A stretch of 64,000 bases of DNA from an uncultured Acidobacteriota bacterium (lineage in GTDB: Bacteria > Acidobacteriota > Terriglobia > UBA7540): positions 288,001 to 352,000 of the forward strand of contig CAWDSK010000006.1 of assembly GCA_963804995.1 (NCBI GenBank). The letters run 5' to 3'. Under the pieces are notes generated by a model. The model was not told the origin of the DNA, did not search any database, and saw only the letters and a list, made by a program, of their open reading frames with translations. The position numbers and the translations under genes were made by a program. Below are positions 1 through 10,503 of the stretch, in pieces. The stretch's first letter is position 1; each line of letters starts with the position of its first letter.

Positions 1-58
1 CCATGCCCGCTAAGCGCCAGAAAGGCCAGCGAAGCAGATTCACATTGGTATCGATCAT
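1..58 (-). CDS. 5' end of a second amidohydrolase-family gene (runs off window)
   Basis: ATG at 58 overlaps the upstream TGA (ATGA); reads MIDTNVNLLRWPFWRL, resembling amidohydrolase N-termini. Confidence 0.55.
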   Translation of the reverse strand, partial: MIDTNVNLLRWPFWRLAGM

Positions 59-1029
59 AGCTGTACCCTTTCGCCTTGAGGATGGGTTGTAGCACGCGGC
101 GTAGGTTCCCGCCCAGGATTAGGCGGCGCGTTCGAGTCGGATATATCGGCGCCCATCACCTTGCCGAGCTGCGAAGCAAAGCTGCGCCCACCTACGTCGC
201 TGCCGTACATGACATGCTCAGGACCCAGTTCCCAAACCGCCATCTCCGTGTAGCCTGCCGTGGGATCGGACCCGCACAGGTCGGCGTAGACGTTTTTCAC
301 GCCGCGGATGGCGCGAATTCCCAATTCCCATTTCCCGCCCGTGTGACCACACACGACGGTGACAGAAGGATGCCACCGCGCGAGCGCCGCGACTTCCATG
401 GGAGTCGATTCCGCGGTGTCCTCCGGCCCCAGAGTATTGATCCAGGTGTGGTGCATGATGACGGCCTTCAGCTCGCCGGCGCGCTCGAAGATGGGATCGA
501 GAAAATCGAGCGGGCGCGGCGCACCGTACGTCGGAGCACCCGGCTGTTCATTGGGATGCCGCAGCGTGTCATACTCAAACTTCAGTCCGACCATGGGGCC
601 ATCGCGTACACAGCGGTTCACTTCATCGAGGCAGGCTTGTATATCGTGGAAAGGGTCGATGAAAGCGTAGCCCAAGGTACGGCCGTTCGAGTACTTGAGC
701 GCTTCCATCACCTCGTCGTTTTGTTGACGCATTCCTTCTGCGCCGACGTGAAATTGCTCCTTCATCCCCAGGAAGACGCACATTCGCTCCACGCCCATGC
801 GGTCGGCGAAACGCAGCATGTCCTCCATTCGTTCCCGTGGGGTTGAGCCCGAGAAGCCGATCAGATGGGTGCGCCCGTCCCAGACGTGCAGGGACTTGAG
901 GGTGGCCAGATCATCGAGCTCTGGGGAACCCGCCAGAGACGGGAGCGCGTTGCCCGCAACGCCTGCGACCGCCAGTCCTGCGGCGGCGCGGCACATGAAA
1001 CCACGCCGCGACCACAGCCCACACTTCAT
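55..1029 (-). CDS. Amidohydrolase family protein with Tat-type signal
   Basis: SRRGFM twin-arginine motif; WDGRTH, CGHTGG and YGSD motifs; start likely ATG 1029; a more family-like C-terminus (RRLILGGNLRR) is in another frame near 130, suggesting an indel. Confidence 0.8.
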   Translation of the reverse strand: MKCGLWSRRGFMCRAAAGLAVAGVAGNALPSLAGSPELDDLATLKSLHVWDGRTHLIGFSGSTPRERMEDMLRFADRMGVERMCVFLGMKEQFHVGAEGMRQQNDEVMEALKYSNGRTLGYAFIDPFHDIQACLDEVNRCVRDGPMVGLKFEYDTLRHPNEQPGAPTYGAPRPLDFLDPIFERAGELKAVIMHHTWINTLGPEDTAESTPMEVAALARWHPSVTVVCGHTGGKWELGIRAIRGVKNVYADLCGSDPTAGYTEMAVWELGPEHVMYGSDVGGRSFASQLGKVMGADISDSNAPPNPGREPTPRATTHPQGERVQL

Positions 1030-1064
1030 AGTGCGTTCTCCCGGCAGAGTCCAGGCAAGCTTCG

Positions 1065-2258
1065 TCAAACCCTGACGAAAATCCGCTTCTTGTACATGAC
1101 CGTCAGAATGCCCAGCCACAGCGCCATCCAGGCGAAGGCATAGAGTTCTGATCCATGCATAGGCCCGACCCACGAAGCAAGGTGGCCGTAGATGAGCGAT
1201 TTCAAGGTGACAATGGCGCCATTGGCCGTATGGAGTCTGACCAATTCGAGGTCGGTCAGCGAAGAGCTATCGCCCCCCAGCACCCAGAGAAAAAGTGAGT
1301 TGACCCCGACGATCACGAAGGGCTTCGTCCACCAGGTGATCTTCCGGACGTCGGCCAGATAATAGCAGCAGGCCAGGATGACGAGCGCCATTCCAGAGAT
1401 GAAAAGCACGAGGGAACTGGTCCAGAGGTTCTGGTTGATGGGAAGCCAGACGCTCCAAACCAAGCCCGCGAGAAGTCCCAGGTTTCCCGCCACCAGAAAG
1501 TGGCGGACCTTTTGGATCGCCGGGCGCGAGGAGCGGAGATACAGCCCCGTCAGTACACCGAGCAGCATTTGGGCAATGGCGGGCAGTGTGCCTAGCCAGC
1601 CCTTTGACTCCCACGTGCGGCTCGCCAGATGTCCGGGCATGACATGCATATCGATGTACTGCACCCAGTTTCCGTCTCTTACCAGCATTCCCGCGCCATG
1701 CCCGGGAACGGGAATGAACTTCAACAGAACAAAGTAAAGCACCAGAATCGTGGCAGAGGTGATGGCCAGTCCCTTGGGTTTGAGCTTCAGGTAGAGAAGA
1801 GAAGCGAAGAAATAGCAGAGAGCGATTCTTTGCAGCGCGCCGAAAATGCGAATGTTCGCGAGGTGATAGCGGTCATGCCCGCCCATGAAATTCGTATACC
1901 AGTTCATGAAGACACCGACGGCGAACAGGATCGTGGTGCGCTGCAGAATATGGGCGACGAGCTTTCCCTTCGATTCCCTCCGAGCCAGCCGCCCGGCAAA
2001 GGAATACGGCATGGCGACGCCAACGATGAAAATGAAAAACGGGAAGATCAGATCCGCGATCGTCCAGCCGTTCCACCGGACATGCGTAAGCGGCGCATAG
2101 GTAAAGCGCTCGTTGCCGGGCATGTTCACCACGGTCATGGCGATAAGGGTCATACCGCGAAAGATGTCCAGTGAGAGCAACCGCTCCTTGGGACGCACGA
2201 GTGGAGGTGGGGAACTTTCACTGTCGACCACTACTGCTGGCGTTGCTGGGCTGCTCAT
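1065..2258 (-). CDS. HGSNAT/NagX-like membrane acyltransferase
   Basis: RLLSLDIFRG, GWTIADLIFPFF, GALQRIA and PINQNLWTSS motifs; many hydrophobic segments. Confidence 0.85.
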   Translation of the reverse strand: MSSPATPAVVVDSESSPPPLVRPKERLLSLDIFRGMTLIAMTVVNMPGNERFTYAPLTHVRWNGWTIADLIFPFFIFIVGVAMPYSFAGRLARRESKGKLVAHILQRTTILFAVGVFMNWYTNFMGGHDRYHLANIRIFGALQRIALCYFFASLLYLKLKPKGLAITSATILVLYFVLLKFIPVPGHGAGMLVRDGNWVQYIDMHVMPGHLASRTWESKGWLGTLPAIAQMLLGVLTGLYLRSSRPAIQKVRHFLVAGNLGLLAGLVWSVWLPINQNLWTSSLVLFISGMALVILACCYYLADVRKITWWTKPFVIVGVNSLFLWVLGGDSSSLTDLELVRLHTANGAIVTLKSLIYGHLASWVGPMHGSELYAFAWMALWLGILTVMYKKRIFVRV

Positions 2259-2409
2259 TTCTCTCTCCTGTTGAACAGATGAGCGTCATGATAGCTTTCT
2301 CCAGACCCTGACAAAAATGCTCTTCGGCATGACACCTGTGTTCTTTAATTCTATGGGAATTTGGGGTCTCCCTTGGCTCAGGTACCACCGTGTACCGCAT
2401 GGCGGCGGA

Positions 2410-2700
2410 GTGGAGGACTACCCTCGAGAACCTGACGGAGTTCGCAACCCGTCTTGCCACGCAGGAGGCTCGTCGGCAGTATCTTTTCCGCCTCCGCCGG
2501 CCTGGTCGGTTTCGGTGTTCGCGCGATCGGCGTGAGAAGTATTGGCTGCTGCGCGGCGTACTCCTGCAGTGTACGGGCTGCAGTCATCAGGCCTCGGACA
2601 CCATCAGGCAAAACACGCGTAGCTCCGTGCCGTTGTGGTTTCGGGCCATGTGGTGGGTGGCCGCCCAGCAAAACGGTGCCAGAGTCTTCGGTCTGCAGGT
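2410..2700 (+). pseudogene. IS1595-family transposase N-terminal remnant
   Basis: EDYPR..LTEF, degenerate zinc ribbon, LWFRAMWWV..QQNGA..FGLQ; truncated. Confidence 0.7.
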
Positions 2701-3259
2701 AGATTCTTGCCCAAGACCGACGCTTTAAAATAGACAGATATAAATTGAGACAGCCAGCCTCTGACACCCTCGGGATTCTCGAAGGTCCCTCCGACGTTGG
2801 CCTGTCAACCGTTGTAGTTCCCGTGCTGCGCATCTAAGGTGTTCGCTCTAATCTAATATCAACTAACATGTCAGATGGCCCAAATACTGTCGATGTCGGA
2901 GAATGTCAAGCTATTTCTCGGGGGCGTTTTTTCGAGCAGATTCCTGGGGTATCACTGCAAAATATGAGTGCCCGCCTGTTTGCCTTCGAGGCCTATTACC
3001 ACTTCGCGGTCCGTGGACCGCGTGTGTTTGCCATTTCCGGATTTCGGCCCGCCGGTGGGGCCTTGCGCTGGTACAGAACATGCGTTGTCGGTCTGAGGCG
3101 AAGCCTCGCTTGTGTCATGCATCTAGCCCTTCCTTAAACCTGGGGATCTTGCTCATGCTCCCCTCAACAGGCGCACTCCAAACAAGTACTACGCGATTCT
3201 GATTGTGATTCTGGATGTGGTTTTGGTTGGGGGTGAGGCGGGCTTTCACATTATGGAGC

Positions 3260-4190
3260 CATCCTCAATGTAGGCATTGCTGGGTGAGCTCACGAAACTA
3301 GCGTTCGGCCAGATTCACCCAGGAACTCGAAGTGGGAGTGAAGTGCAGGTGAAAGCGCGGATGCCGCTGCAGCCACGTTTTCACGCGACGATGCTTGTGC
3401 GTGCCACATTCGTCCACGATCAAGTGCAGGTCCAAGGGCGGGGAAGCTTGGGTGATAATGTGCTTCAGAAGACGGATGCTTTCCCGATGCCGGTGCTGAG
3501 GCATGAAGTCGCCGGTGACCACCCCATCGAGCGTGCTGAGCACTGCGAACGGGATGGTCGTCCCATGGCGTTTGTAGTCGTGCGTCATCGTGCTACAACG
3601 TCCTTCCTTCATGGGCAGACCGGGCTGGGCGCGGTCGACGGTTTGGATTTGGATCTTCTCGCCGACGTACAAGACGAGTGCATTGTCAGGAGGTTTAGAT
3701 GGAAACCCACGATGTCGTGGAGTTTCTGCGCAAACTTAGGATCGCCCCACAGCTTGAAGGTTCGCACCCCATGGGGCTTAAGGTTGTGTTATTTCTAGAC
3801 GCAGCGAATGGTGGCTTCGCTAAGACCTTAGGCCCCAGCCATGCTGCGTGTGCTCAAATAGGTCGTGTGGGGCGGTCGGCTGTGTAGAATCGCCTCTAAG
3901 AAGGCGCGGACTTTGCTCTCCGCGATGCGTGGAATCCGACCGGGAAAAGGGGCGTCAGTCTCCAGCCCGGACGAGCACAGCGCCAAGAAGTGCTGCCACC
4001 AAAGCTGCACCCTCGGGCGGGATACTCCCAACTGTTGAGCAATCTCCCGCAAAGGATGCCGGTCGCAGCCATGAGGATGATCTGCGCACGCGGCACTACC
4101 CGCCGGGGCGGACTTCTGACCCGCGCCCAGACCTCCGGCGTGCTTCGCGCTTCTGGTGTCAAAAGGATCGAAGCTGCTCTTCTGATCATG
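3260..4190 (-). pseudogene. IS630-family transposase remnant
   Basis: IAQQLGVSRP HTH, THDYKRHGTT and FHLHFTPTSSSWVNLAER spread over broken frames; boundaries approximate. Confidence 0.85.
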
Positions 4191-4818
4191 CAGCCGAGCA
4201 TAACGGGGTCAGCCGAAAGGATTTGACGCATTTCTGAAGAATTACGCTAAAATGTTTGAGTGCGAGTCGTTCATAATAGTTCACCCGTCATTTACCTCAA
4301 GCTGTCGCGTGATGCTCTGTCGCCTACAGATATTTGTAATGCCCTCTGAGTACTACATTGGAAAGGGATGGTTATCGAACAATTCGGTTTGCATCGAGAA
4401 CATCGCGAGCAGAGCTAGGCGGCAACGCATGCGCCTCAAGGCCCTGCGCGCCACTCGGCTTAGTTCTCCGGAGTTCTGGGGATAGAAAGTCGGTGATTCA
4501 CGCTACTTGCAGTATCCCCGAAGGTACTCCAACGGGTTCGTCGCCCCCGCCTGGGCCGGCAGAACCTACTGTCTCCCTTTGTGCCCGGACACGAAATCTC
4601 GAAGCGACCGGTTCGGGCTAACTGCTGCTTCCAACGGTTCACTTATAGACGGCTCTCCCAAGCTGCCTTCAGCCGGCGTCGTTTTAGGGTTTCGAAATCA
4701 CGTTTGCACTAACGTTTCACTGTGGCTGGATTTTCCAGACTGGTAACCCAATCTGTACAGAAAGACGAAACTACATTATCTGATGCTTAATAGATATAAA
4801 GGGGTGAGTTGAGTCAAG

Positions 4819-5631
4819 ATGGACAAAAGCCACAACAGGAACCGCAGCCTTTCTGAACAGGCTTACCGCTTCATTCGGGACGGAATCCTACAAGGGCAGT
4901 TACCGATGGGCACTCCAATATCACGCCGGAAGTTGGCTCTCCAATTTGGGATGAGCCTCTTACCGGTCTCGGAGGCCATTCTGCGCCTCAAACATGAAGG
5001 GCTGGTGGAGAGTCGGCCCCGCGCGGGAACGAGGGTTCGCATTCCCACGCCACAAGAAATACGAGACCTCTATGTCATGCGGGAAGCCCTGGAAAGCCAA
5101 TCCGCGCGACTTTTTGCCGAGAAGGCTAGTCCCCGCGAACGGCGTGAGGTGCGCGAAATGGCGGAGAACTTGGACGCGAAGTTCGAGCAATGCAGGAACA
5201 AAGACGCTGATCCCAAAATCATTTATCACGCCTTCGATTATCATTTGTCATTACACGTGCGAATCGCCGAATGCACAGGGAGCATTGCTCTGCATAATGC
5301 GATCAAAACAAACAATCTCTTAATCTATAATTGGATTTTGGACATCGCAGCGCAAATGCCTATCCGTATGCCAGCGCACTATCATCGGAAAGTAATCGAT
5401 GTAATCGCGGGACCCGATCCCGAAGCGGCGGACGCTGCGATGCGCCAACACGTGCGCTCCGGCCTAAAAGAGACTCTGGCTGCGGCTATCTCCATCCTTG
5501 GGCCGGGCGTCGGTCGTTTCAAGCCATCGGGAGCGTCGCATTCGGTGTCGCAGTCAAATTCAGCAGCCCAAGGGACCTGGAGGTCTAGAGCTCAGCACGC
5601 CGTGCATCTGTCCTCAGACAACAACTGGTAG
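4819..5631 (+). CDS. GntR (FCD-type) transcriptional regulator
   Basis: wHTH SLSEQAY..GMSLLPVSEAILRLKHEGLV; C-terminal ADAAMRQHV; present TAG stop comes from the antisense intron end. Confidence 0.9.
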   Translation: MDKSHNRNRSLSEQAYRFIRDGILQGQLPMGTPISRRKLALQFGMSLLPVSEAILRLKHEGLVESRPRAGTRVRIPTPQEIRDLYVMREALESQSARLFAEKASPRERREVREMAENLDAKFEQCRNKDADPKIIYHAFDYHLSLHVRIAECTGSIALHNAIKTNNLLIYNWILDIAAQMPIRMPAHYHRKVIDVIAGPDPEAADAAMRQHVRSGLKETLAAAISILGPGVGRFKPSGASHSVSQSNSAAQGTWRSRAQHAVHLSSDNNW

Positions 5632-7583
5632 GGTCGGGAACTGGCGCGGCGGCTCCGAGAAAGCTCCGAGCCCCGTTTCCAGCTCCCGCCACATCACACG
5701 TAGCGTGCGGATTTCCCGCACTACGCGTTCCTGCACACTTCACGGCAAGGGTTATGGGGCCTATCGGGTCGGGGCGGCTGCCCAGGAGGATGACTGATGG
5801 ACCACGCGGTACTCGTGGAAGAGCCCGAGCGTGCCATACAGCCACTCCTTACGCCACCGCTTCCATCCGAAGCCTGGGCGTTGTCTGGCCCTCGCCAAGT
5901 GGCACCGAATCTTCTTCTCTACCCAGTCGCGGATATACGAGAAGCACCGGCTGGAGTGCCCGACCGCAAAGTAGTTCACCCAGCCGCGCAGAATGGGATT
6001 GATCTGCTCGATCAACCCCCTCACAGGCTGAGAGCGATAGCTCCGGAAAACTAGCTTGAGCTTGCGTAGCAATGCCGTCCGCTTCTTGCCCCGCGGCGTA
6101 CGCAGCGGCATCCATCGGCCCCGCCGACTGCGGATGCGACGGAACTCAAACCCCAGAAATCCGAAACTCTCTCCTTGCTGAAGATCCACCCTCCGGCTTT
6201 TCTCCTCGTTCACCTCAACCTGCAGCTTGGCCAACTCCTCCCGTAGCCGCTTTTCCACTGCCTTGCGAAGCCAGGCCTGCCGGGGATGAGCGTTCACCAG
6301 AACCACCAGATCATCGGCGAATCTGGCATATTCGACGTTCATCCACCGCCCCTCGCGGGTGACTTCCTTCGCCTTTTCCAGCATCTTGTCCACCTCATTG
6401 AGGTACACGTTACTGAGCAAGGGCGAAATCACCCCGCCTTGCGGAACACCCTGCTTCCCCGACGCCTTCAGCAGCAGTTTGAGCAGCCCTAGGACCTCGG
6501 TGTCGTTCACTCGCCGTGCCACCTTCTCCAGTACGAGGGAATGTCGAACCGTATCGAAGTAGGAACGCAAGTCGAGATCAACGACAAAGGTCATGTGCCG
6601 CACGATTGCCTCCGAGACGCGTTGAATCGCAGCGTGGGCTGACTTCTTCGGCCGGTAGCCAAACAATCCCGGTTGGAAATCGGCCTCAAAGATCGGTTCC
6701 AGGATCAGCTTCAACGCTCCCTGGACCACTCGGTCGCGAATGCAAGGAATCGAAAGTTGGCGAACCTTTCCGCCCTCCTTCGGAATCCCTACCTTCCGCA
6801 GCCGTCGAGGTCGATATCTCCGCTGCACCAGCTCCTCGCGAAGCTGTTCGAGAAATCCCTGCAAGCCTTCAGCCTCGATTGCCTGGAACGTGACCCCATC
6901 TACTCCTGGGGCTCCCTTGTTCTCCTTAGCTAGCTGATACGCTTCCCAGAGAGTTTCTCGTTTGCAGACGTGGACATACAACCCCCAGAATCGCCAAGTC
7001 GGTTCAGCCTTCGCCTTGACGTAAAGTCTTCGCCGCAGGTCTTGCAGCTTAAAGGGCGCTTTTATCATTTCACCCCTGCCTCCCATGTTGGCCAAGACTT
7101 GCTGTGCAGCAAGGCCCCTTCGCTCCATGGGCGTTACCCCACTTCGTCGCTACTTCGAGCCTAACCGCCACCGTCTCGCCGTCAGCCGATTTCCCGTTGT
7201 CTCCGGTTATACGGCCTACCCTGCTCCACCGATCTCTCGATGGGACGAGGACGGTTTCTCCAGTTGCTTGACATGCCCTTGCCACCGTGCTGCCCCTACC
7301 ACCCCGCCGGAGTGACATGTCGTCTCGGTCAGCCCACGTCATGCCATGCTGCCTTCGCCCCGAAGGAGAGGGCTCGGCCTCCGGATCTATTTTTTTGTCG
7401 AGGCCACCTATGGGTTCACTTGCGTTACGGCCCGGTGACTCGCTCACCATCCCTTGGATGGCTTTGTCGGTCAGCTTCATCCGCTTCGTTTCCTCCACGG
7501 ATGCGACCCAAGCTACAAGGCTCCTGACTCTTGCCTTGGTGGGACTAACTCCCACTGAACATACCAGCCTTTGCTGGACACAC
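5628..7583 (-). mobile_element. Group II intron, copy A (1956 bp)
   Basis: 5' GTGTG at 7583; 3' CCCGACCCTAC at 5628; domain V-like GTGCGGGAAATCCGCAC; EBS1 TCCTTC at 7362-7367. Confidence 0.93.
5761..7128 (-). CDS. ltrA: Group II intron reverse transcriptase/maturase, no endonuclease domain (start may be downstream)
   Basis: GAPGVDG, IPCIRDRVVQ, PQGGVISPLL, RFADD, domain X LRGWVNYF; carries PGLFG variant. Confidence 0.95.
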   Translation of the reverse strand: MERRGLAAQQVLANMGGRGEMIKAPFKLQDLRRRLYVKAKAEPTWRFWGLYVHVCKRETLWEAYQLAKENKGAPGVDGVTFQAIEAEGLQGFLEQLREELVQRRYRPRRLRKVGIPKEGGKVRQLSIPCIRDRVVQGALKLILEPIFEADFQPGLFGYRPKKSAHAAIQRVSEAIVRHMTFVVDLDLRSYFDTVRHSLVLEKVARRVNDTEVLGLLKLLLKASGKQGVPQGGVISPLLSNVYLNEVDKMLEKAKEVTREGRWMNVEYARFADDLVVLVNAHPRQAWLRKAVEKRLREELAKLQVEVNEEKSRRVDLQQGESFGFLGFEFRRIRSRRGRWMPLRTPRGKKRTALLRKLKLVFRSYRSQPVRGLIEQINPILRGWVNYFAVGHSSRCFSYIRDWVEKKIRCHLARARQRPGFGWKRWRKEWLYGTLGLFHEYRVVHQSSSWAAAPTR

Positions 7584-9539
7584 GTAGGGTCGGGAACTGG
7601 CGCGGCGGCTCCGAGAAAGCTCCGAGCCCCGTTTCCAGCTCCCGCCACATCACACGTAGCGTGCGGATTTCCCGCACTACGCGTTCCTGCACACTTCACG
7701 GCAAGGGTTATGGGGCCTATCGGGTCGGGGCGGCTGCCCAGGAGGATGACTGATGGACCACGCGGTACTCGTGGAAGAGCCCGAGCGTGCCATACAGCCA
7801 CTCCTTACGCCACCGCTTCCATCCGAAGCCTGGGCGTTGTCTGGCCCTCGCCAAGTGGCACCGAATCTTCTTCTCTACCCAGTCGCGGATATACGAGAAG
7901 CACCGGCTGGAGTGCCCGACCGCAAAGTAGTTCACCCAGCCGCGCAGAATGGGATTGATCTGCTCGATCAACCCCCTCACAGGCTGAGAGCGATAGCTCC
8001 GGAAAACTAGCTTGAGCTTGCGTAGCAATGCCGTCCGCTTCTTGCCCCGCGGCGTACGCAGCGGCATCCATCGGCCCCGCCGACTGCGGATGCGACGGAA
8101 CTCAAACCCCAGAAATCCGAAACTCTCTCCTTGCTGAAGATCCACCCTCCGGCTTTTCTCCTCGTTCACCTCAACCTGCAGCTTGGCCAACTCCTCCCGT
8201 AGCCGCTTTTCCACTGCCTTGCGAAGCCAGGCCTGCCGGGGATGAGCGTTCACCAGAACCACCAGATCATCGGCGAATCTGGCATATTCGACGTTCATCC
8301 ACCGCCCCTCGCGGGTGACTTCCTTCGCCTTTTCCAGCATCTTGTCCACCTCATTGAGGTACACGTTACTGAGCAAGGGCGAAATCACCCCGCCTTGCGG
8401 AACACCCTGCTTCCCCGACGCCTTCAGCAGCAGTTTGAGCAGCCCTAGGACCTCGGTGTCGTTCACTCGCCGTGCCACCTTCTCCAGTACGAGGGAATGT
8501 CGAACCGTATCGAAGTAGGAACGCAAGTCGAGATCAACGACAAAGGTCATGTGCCGCACGATTGCCTCCGAGACGCGTTGAATCGCAGCGTGGGCTGACT
8601 TCTTCGGCCGGTAGCCAAACGATCCCGGTTGGAAATCGGCCTCAAAGATCGGTTCCAGGATCAGCTTCAACGCTCCCTGGACCACTCGGTCGCGAATGCA
8701 AGGAATCGAAAGTTGGCGAACCTTTCCGCCCTCCTTCGGAATCCCTACCTTCCGCAGCCGTCGAGGTCGATATCTCCGCTGCACCAGCTCCTCGCGAAGC
8801 TGTTCGAGAAATCCCTGCAAGCCTTCAGCCTCGATTGCCTGGAACGTGACCCCATCTACTCCTGGGGCTCCCTTGTTCTCCTTAGCTAGCTGATACGCTT
8901 CCCAGAGAGTTTCTCGTTTGCAGACGTGGACATACAACCCCCAGAATCGCCAAGTCGGTTCAGCCTTCGCCTTGACGTAAAGTCTTCGCCGCAGGTCTTG
9001 CAGCTTAAAGGGCGCTTTTATCATTTCACCCCTGCCTCCCATGTTGGCCAAGACTTGCTGTGCAGCAAGGCCCCTTCGCTCCATGGGCGTTACCCCACTT
9101 CGTCGCTACTTCGAGCCTAACCGCCACCGTCTCGCCGTCAGCCGATTTCCCGTTGTCTCCGGTTATACGGCCTACCCTGCTCCACCGATCTCTCGATGGG
9201 ACGAGGACGGTTTCTCCAGTTGCTTGACATGCCCTTGCCACCGTGCTGCCCCTACCACCCCGCCGGAGTGACATGTCGTCTCGGTCAGCCCACGTCATGC
9301 CATGCTGCCTTCGCCCCGAAGGAGAGGGCTCGGCCTCCGGATCTATTTTTTTGTCGAGGCCACCTATGGGTTCACTTGCGTTACGGCCCGGTGACTCGCT
9401 CACCATCCCTTGGATGGCTTTGTCGGTCAGCTTCATCCGCTTCGTTTCCTCCACGGATGCGACCCAAGCTACAAGGCTCCTGACTCTTGCCTTGGTGGGA
9501 CTAACTCCCACTGAACATACCAGCCTTTGCTGGACACAC
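7584..9539 (-). mobile_element. Group II intron, copy B (1956 bp), directly abutting copy A
   Basis: 5' GTGTG at 9539; 3' end at 7584; EBS1 at 9318-9323 complementary to the 5' exon GAAGGA (9540-9545). Confidence 0.93.
7717..9084 (-). CDS. ltrA: Group II intron reverse transcriptase/maturase
   Basis: Same protein as copy A except PGSFG. Confidence 0.95.
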   Translation of the reverse strand: MERRGLAAQQVLANMGGRGEMIKAPFKLQDLRRRLYVKAKAEPTWRFWGLYVHVCKRETLWEAYQLAKENKGAPGVDGVTFQAIEAEGLQGFLEQLREELVQRRYRPRRLRKVGIPKEGGKVRQLSIPCIRDRVVQGALKLILEPIFEADFQPGSFGYRPKKSAHAAIQRVSEAIVRHMTFVVDLDLRSYFDTVRHSLVLEKVARRVNDTEVLGLLKLLLKASGKQGVPQGGVISPLLSNVYLNEVDKMLEKAKEVTREGRWMNVEYARFADDLVVLVNAHPRQAWLRKAVEKRLREELAKLQVEVNEEKSRRVDLQQGESFGFLGFEFRRIRSRRGRWMPLRTPRGKKRTALLRKLKLVFRSYRSQPVRGLIEQINPILRGWVNYFAVGHSSRCFSYIRDWVEKKIRCHLARARQRPGFGWKRWRKEWLYGTLGLFHEYRVVHQSSSWAAAPTR

Positions 9540-10148
9540 TCCTTCGCCAAAACTCCATCGGCTTGATCGCCCTTGATTCTTGAGCTGTTGTGGCTACCAA
9601 AAACCTCGTTCGCATTGAATCAATTGATGTTGGCCGGCCGCCGCTGGTATCGTTCCCAATCGGGCTCAGGTCGTAAGTCGGGCCGGTGCCGACCATTGCC
9701 ACACATAACTCAACTTTCCTCGAATGATCTGCGATTTGAGTATGCGACGAGATTTCAGGGCGCCAGTCACTTTTCCGGTAAGCGACAATACGCAGGTGCC
9801 TACACGCTGGATGTGGGGCCCGACGGGGACATGCCCTCCGAAGGCGAACGATTCATTCGGGGCAGCGGTCGGGCAAGTATTGCTCGCCACTCCAATGGCT
9901 CGGCGGTCCTACAGCAAGTGGAATACGCAGGGGAAGAAGTAGCTCTGAGTTCTCGGGCTATGGGAACTCGGCTCCTACCCCTCGGTTTAGGAAACCGGCG
10001 GTCGGCTTTCTATGGCTGACGGCAACTTGCTTGGAATCCTTATGTTCCAGCCACTTTTGACACGCATAAAATAACCGTTGTAGTCACTTTTGTAGCTGGT
10101 GACTTCCGCACGTTTCTACAACCCTGGGCACCCAAGCGTTTACTAGGC

Positions 10149-10503
10149 TAGAGCGGTTTCGATTTAAGTACTTACATGCCCGCAAGAGGCGAAGAAGTTT
10201 GTGCATTCGCTTGGGGAGACCGTATTGAGCAATTCCCCGATTTCCTTCCAGAGGGCATCGATATCTCGTTTGGCGGCTTTGCGGAGCAGCGCCTTGAGTT
10301 TGGAAAAGAACCTTTCGATCGGGTTCAGGTCCGGGGAGTAGGGAGGCAGATAGAGTAGGGTGGCTCCGGCCGCGGTGATCGCTTTCTCCACTCCCGCCAC
10401 CTTGTGACTGCTGAGGTTGTCCAGAATCACGGTGTCTCCCGGTTGGAGCGTTGGGCACAGGAATTGATGCACATAAGCCAGAAACATCTCGCCGTCCATC
10501 GGC
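10149..10503 (-). pseudogene. IS630-family transposase C-terminal fragment with terminal repeat
   Basis: VILDNLSSHK and LPPYSPDLNPIE; TA-GAGCGGTTTC end at 10149; cut at 10503 by the next IS. Confidence 0.9.

Noticed and set aside
7070..7958. ORFs of 243 and 223 aa crossing the intron-intron junction
   Set aside because: They are translations of structured intron RNA with no protein motifs.
5761..9084. Two RT genes as a retron, DGR or defence RT system
   Set aside because: Both have a maturase domain X and lie inside recognisable group II intron ends.
9573..10019. 148-aa ORF after the introns
   Set aside because: Starts within IS-end-like sequence; no RBS or recognisable motif.
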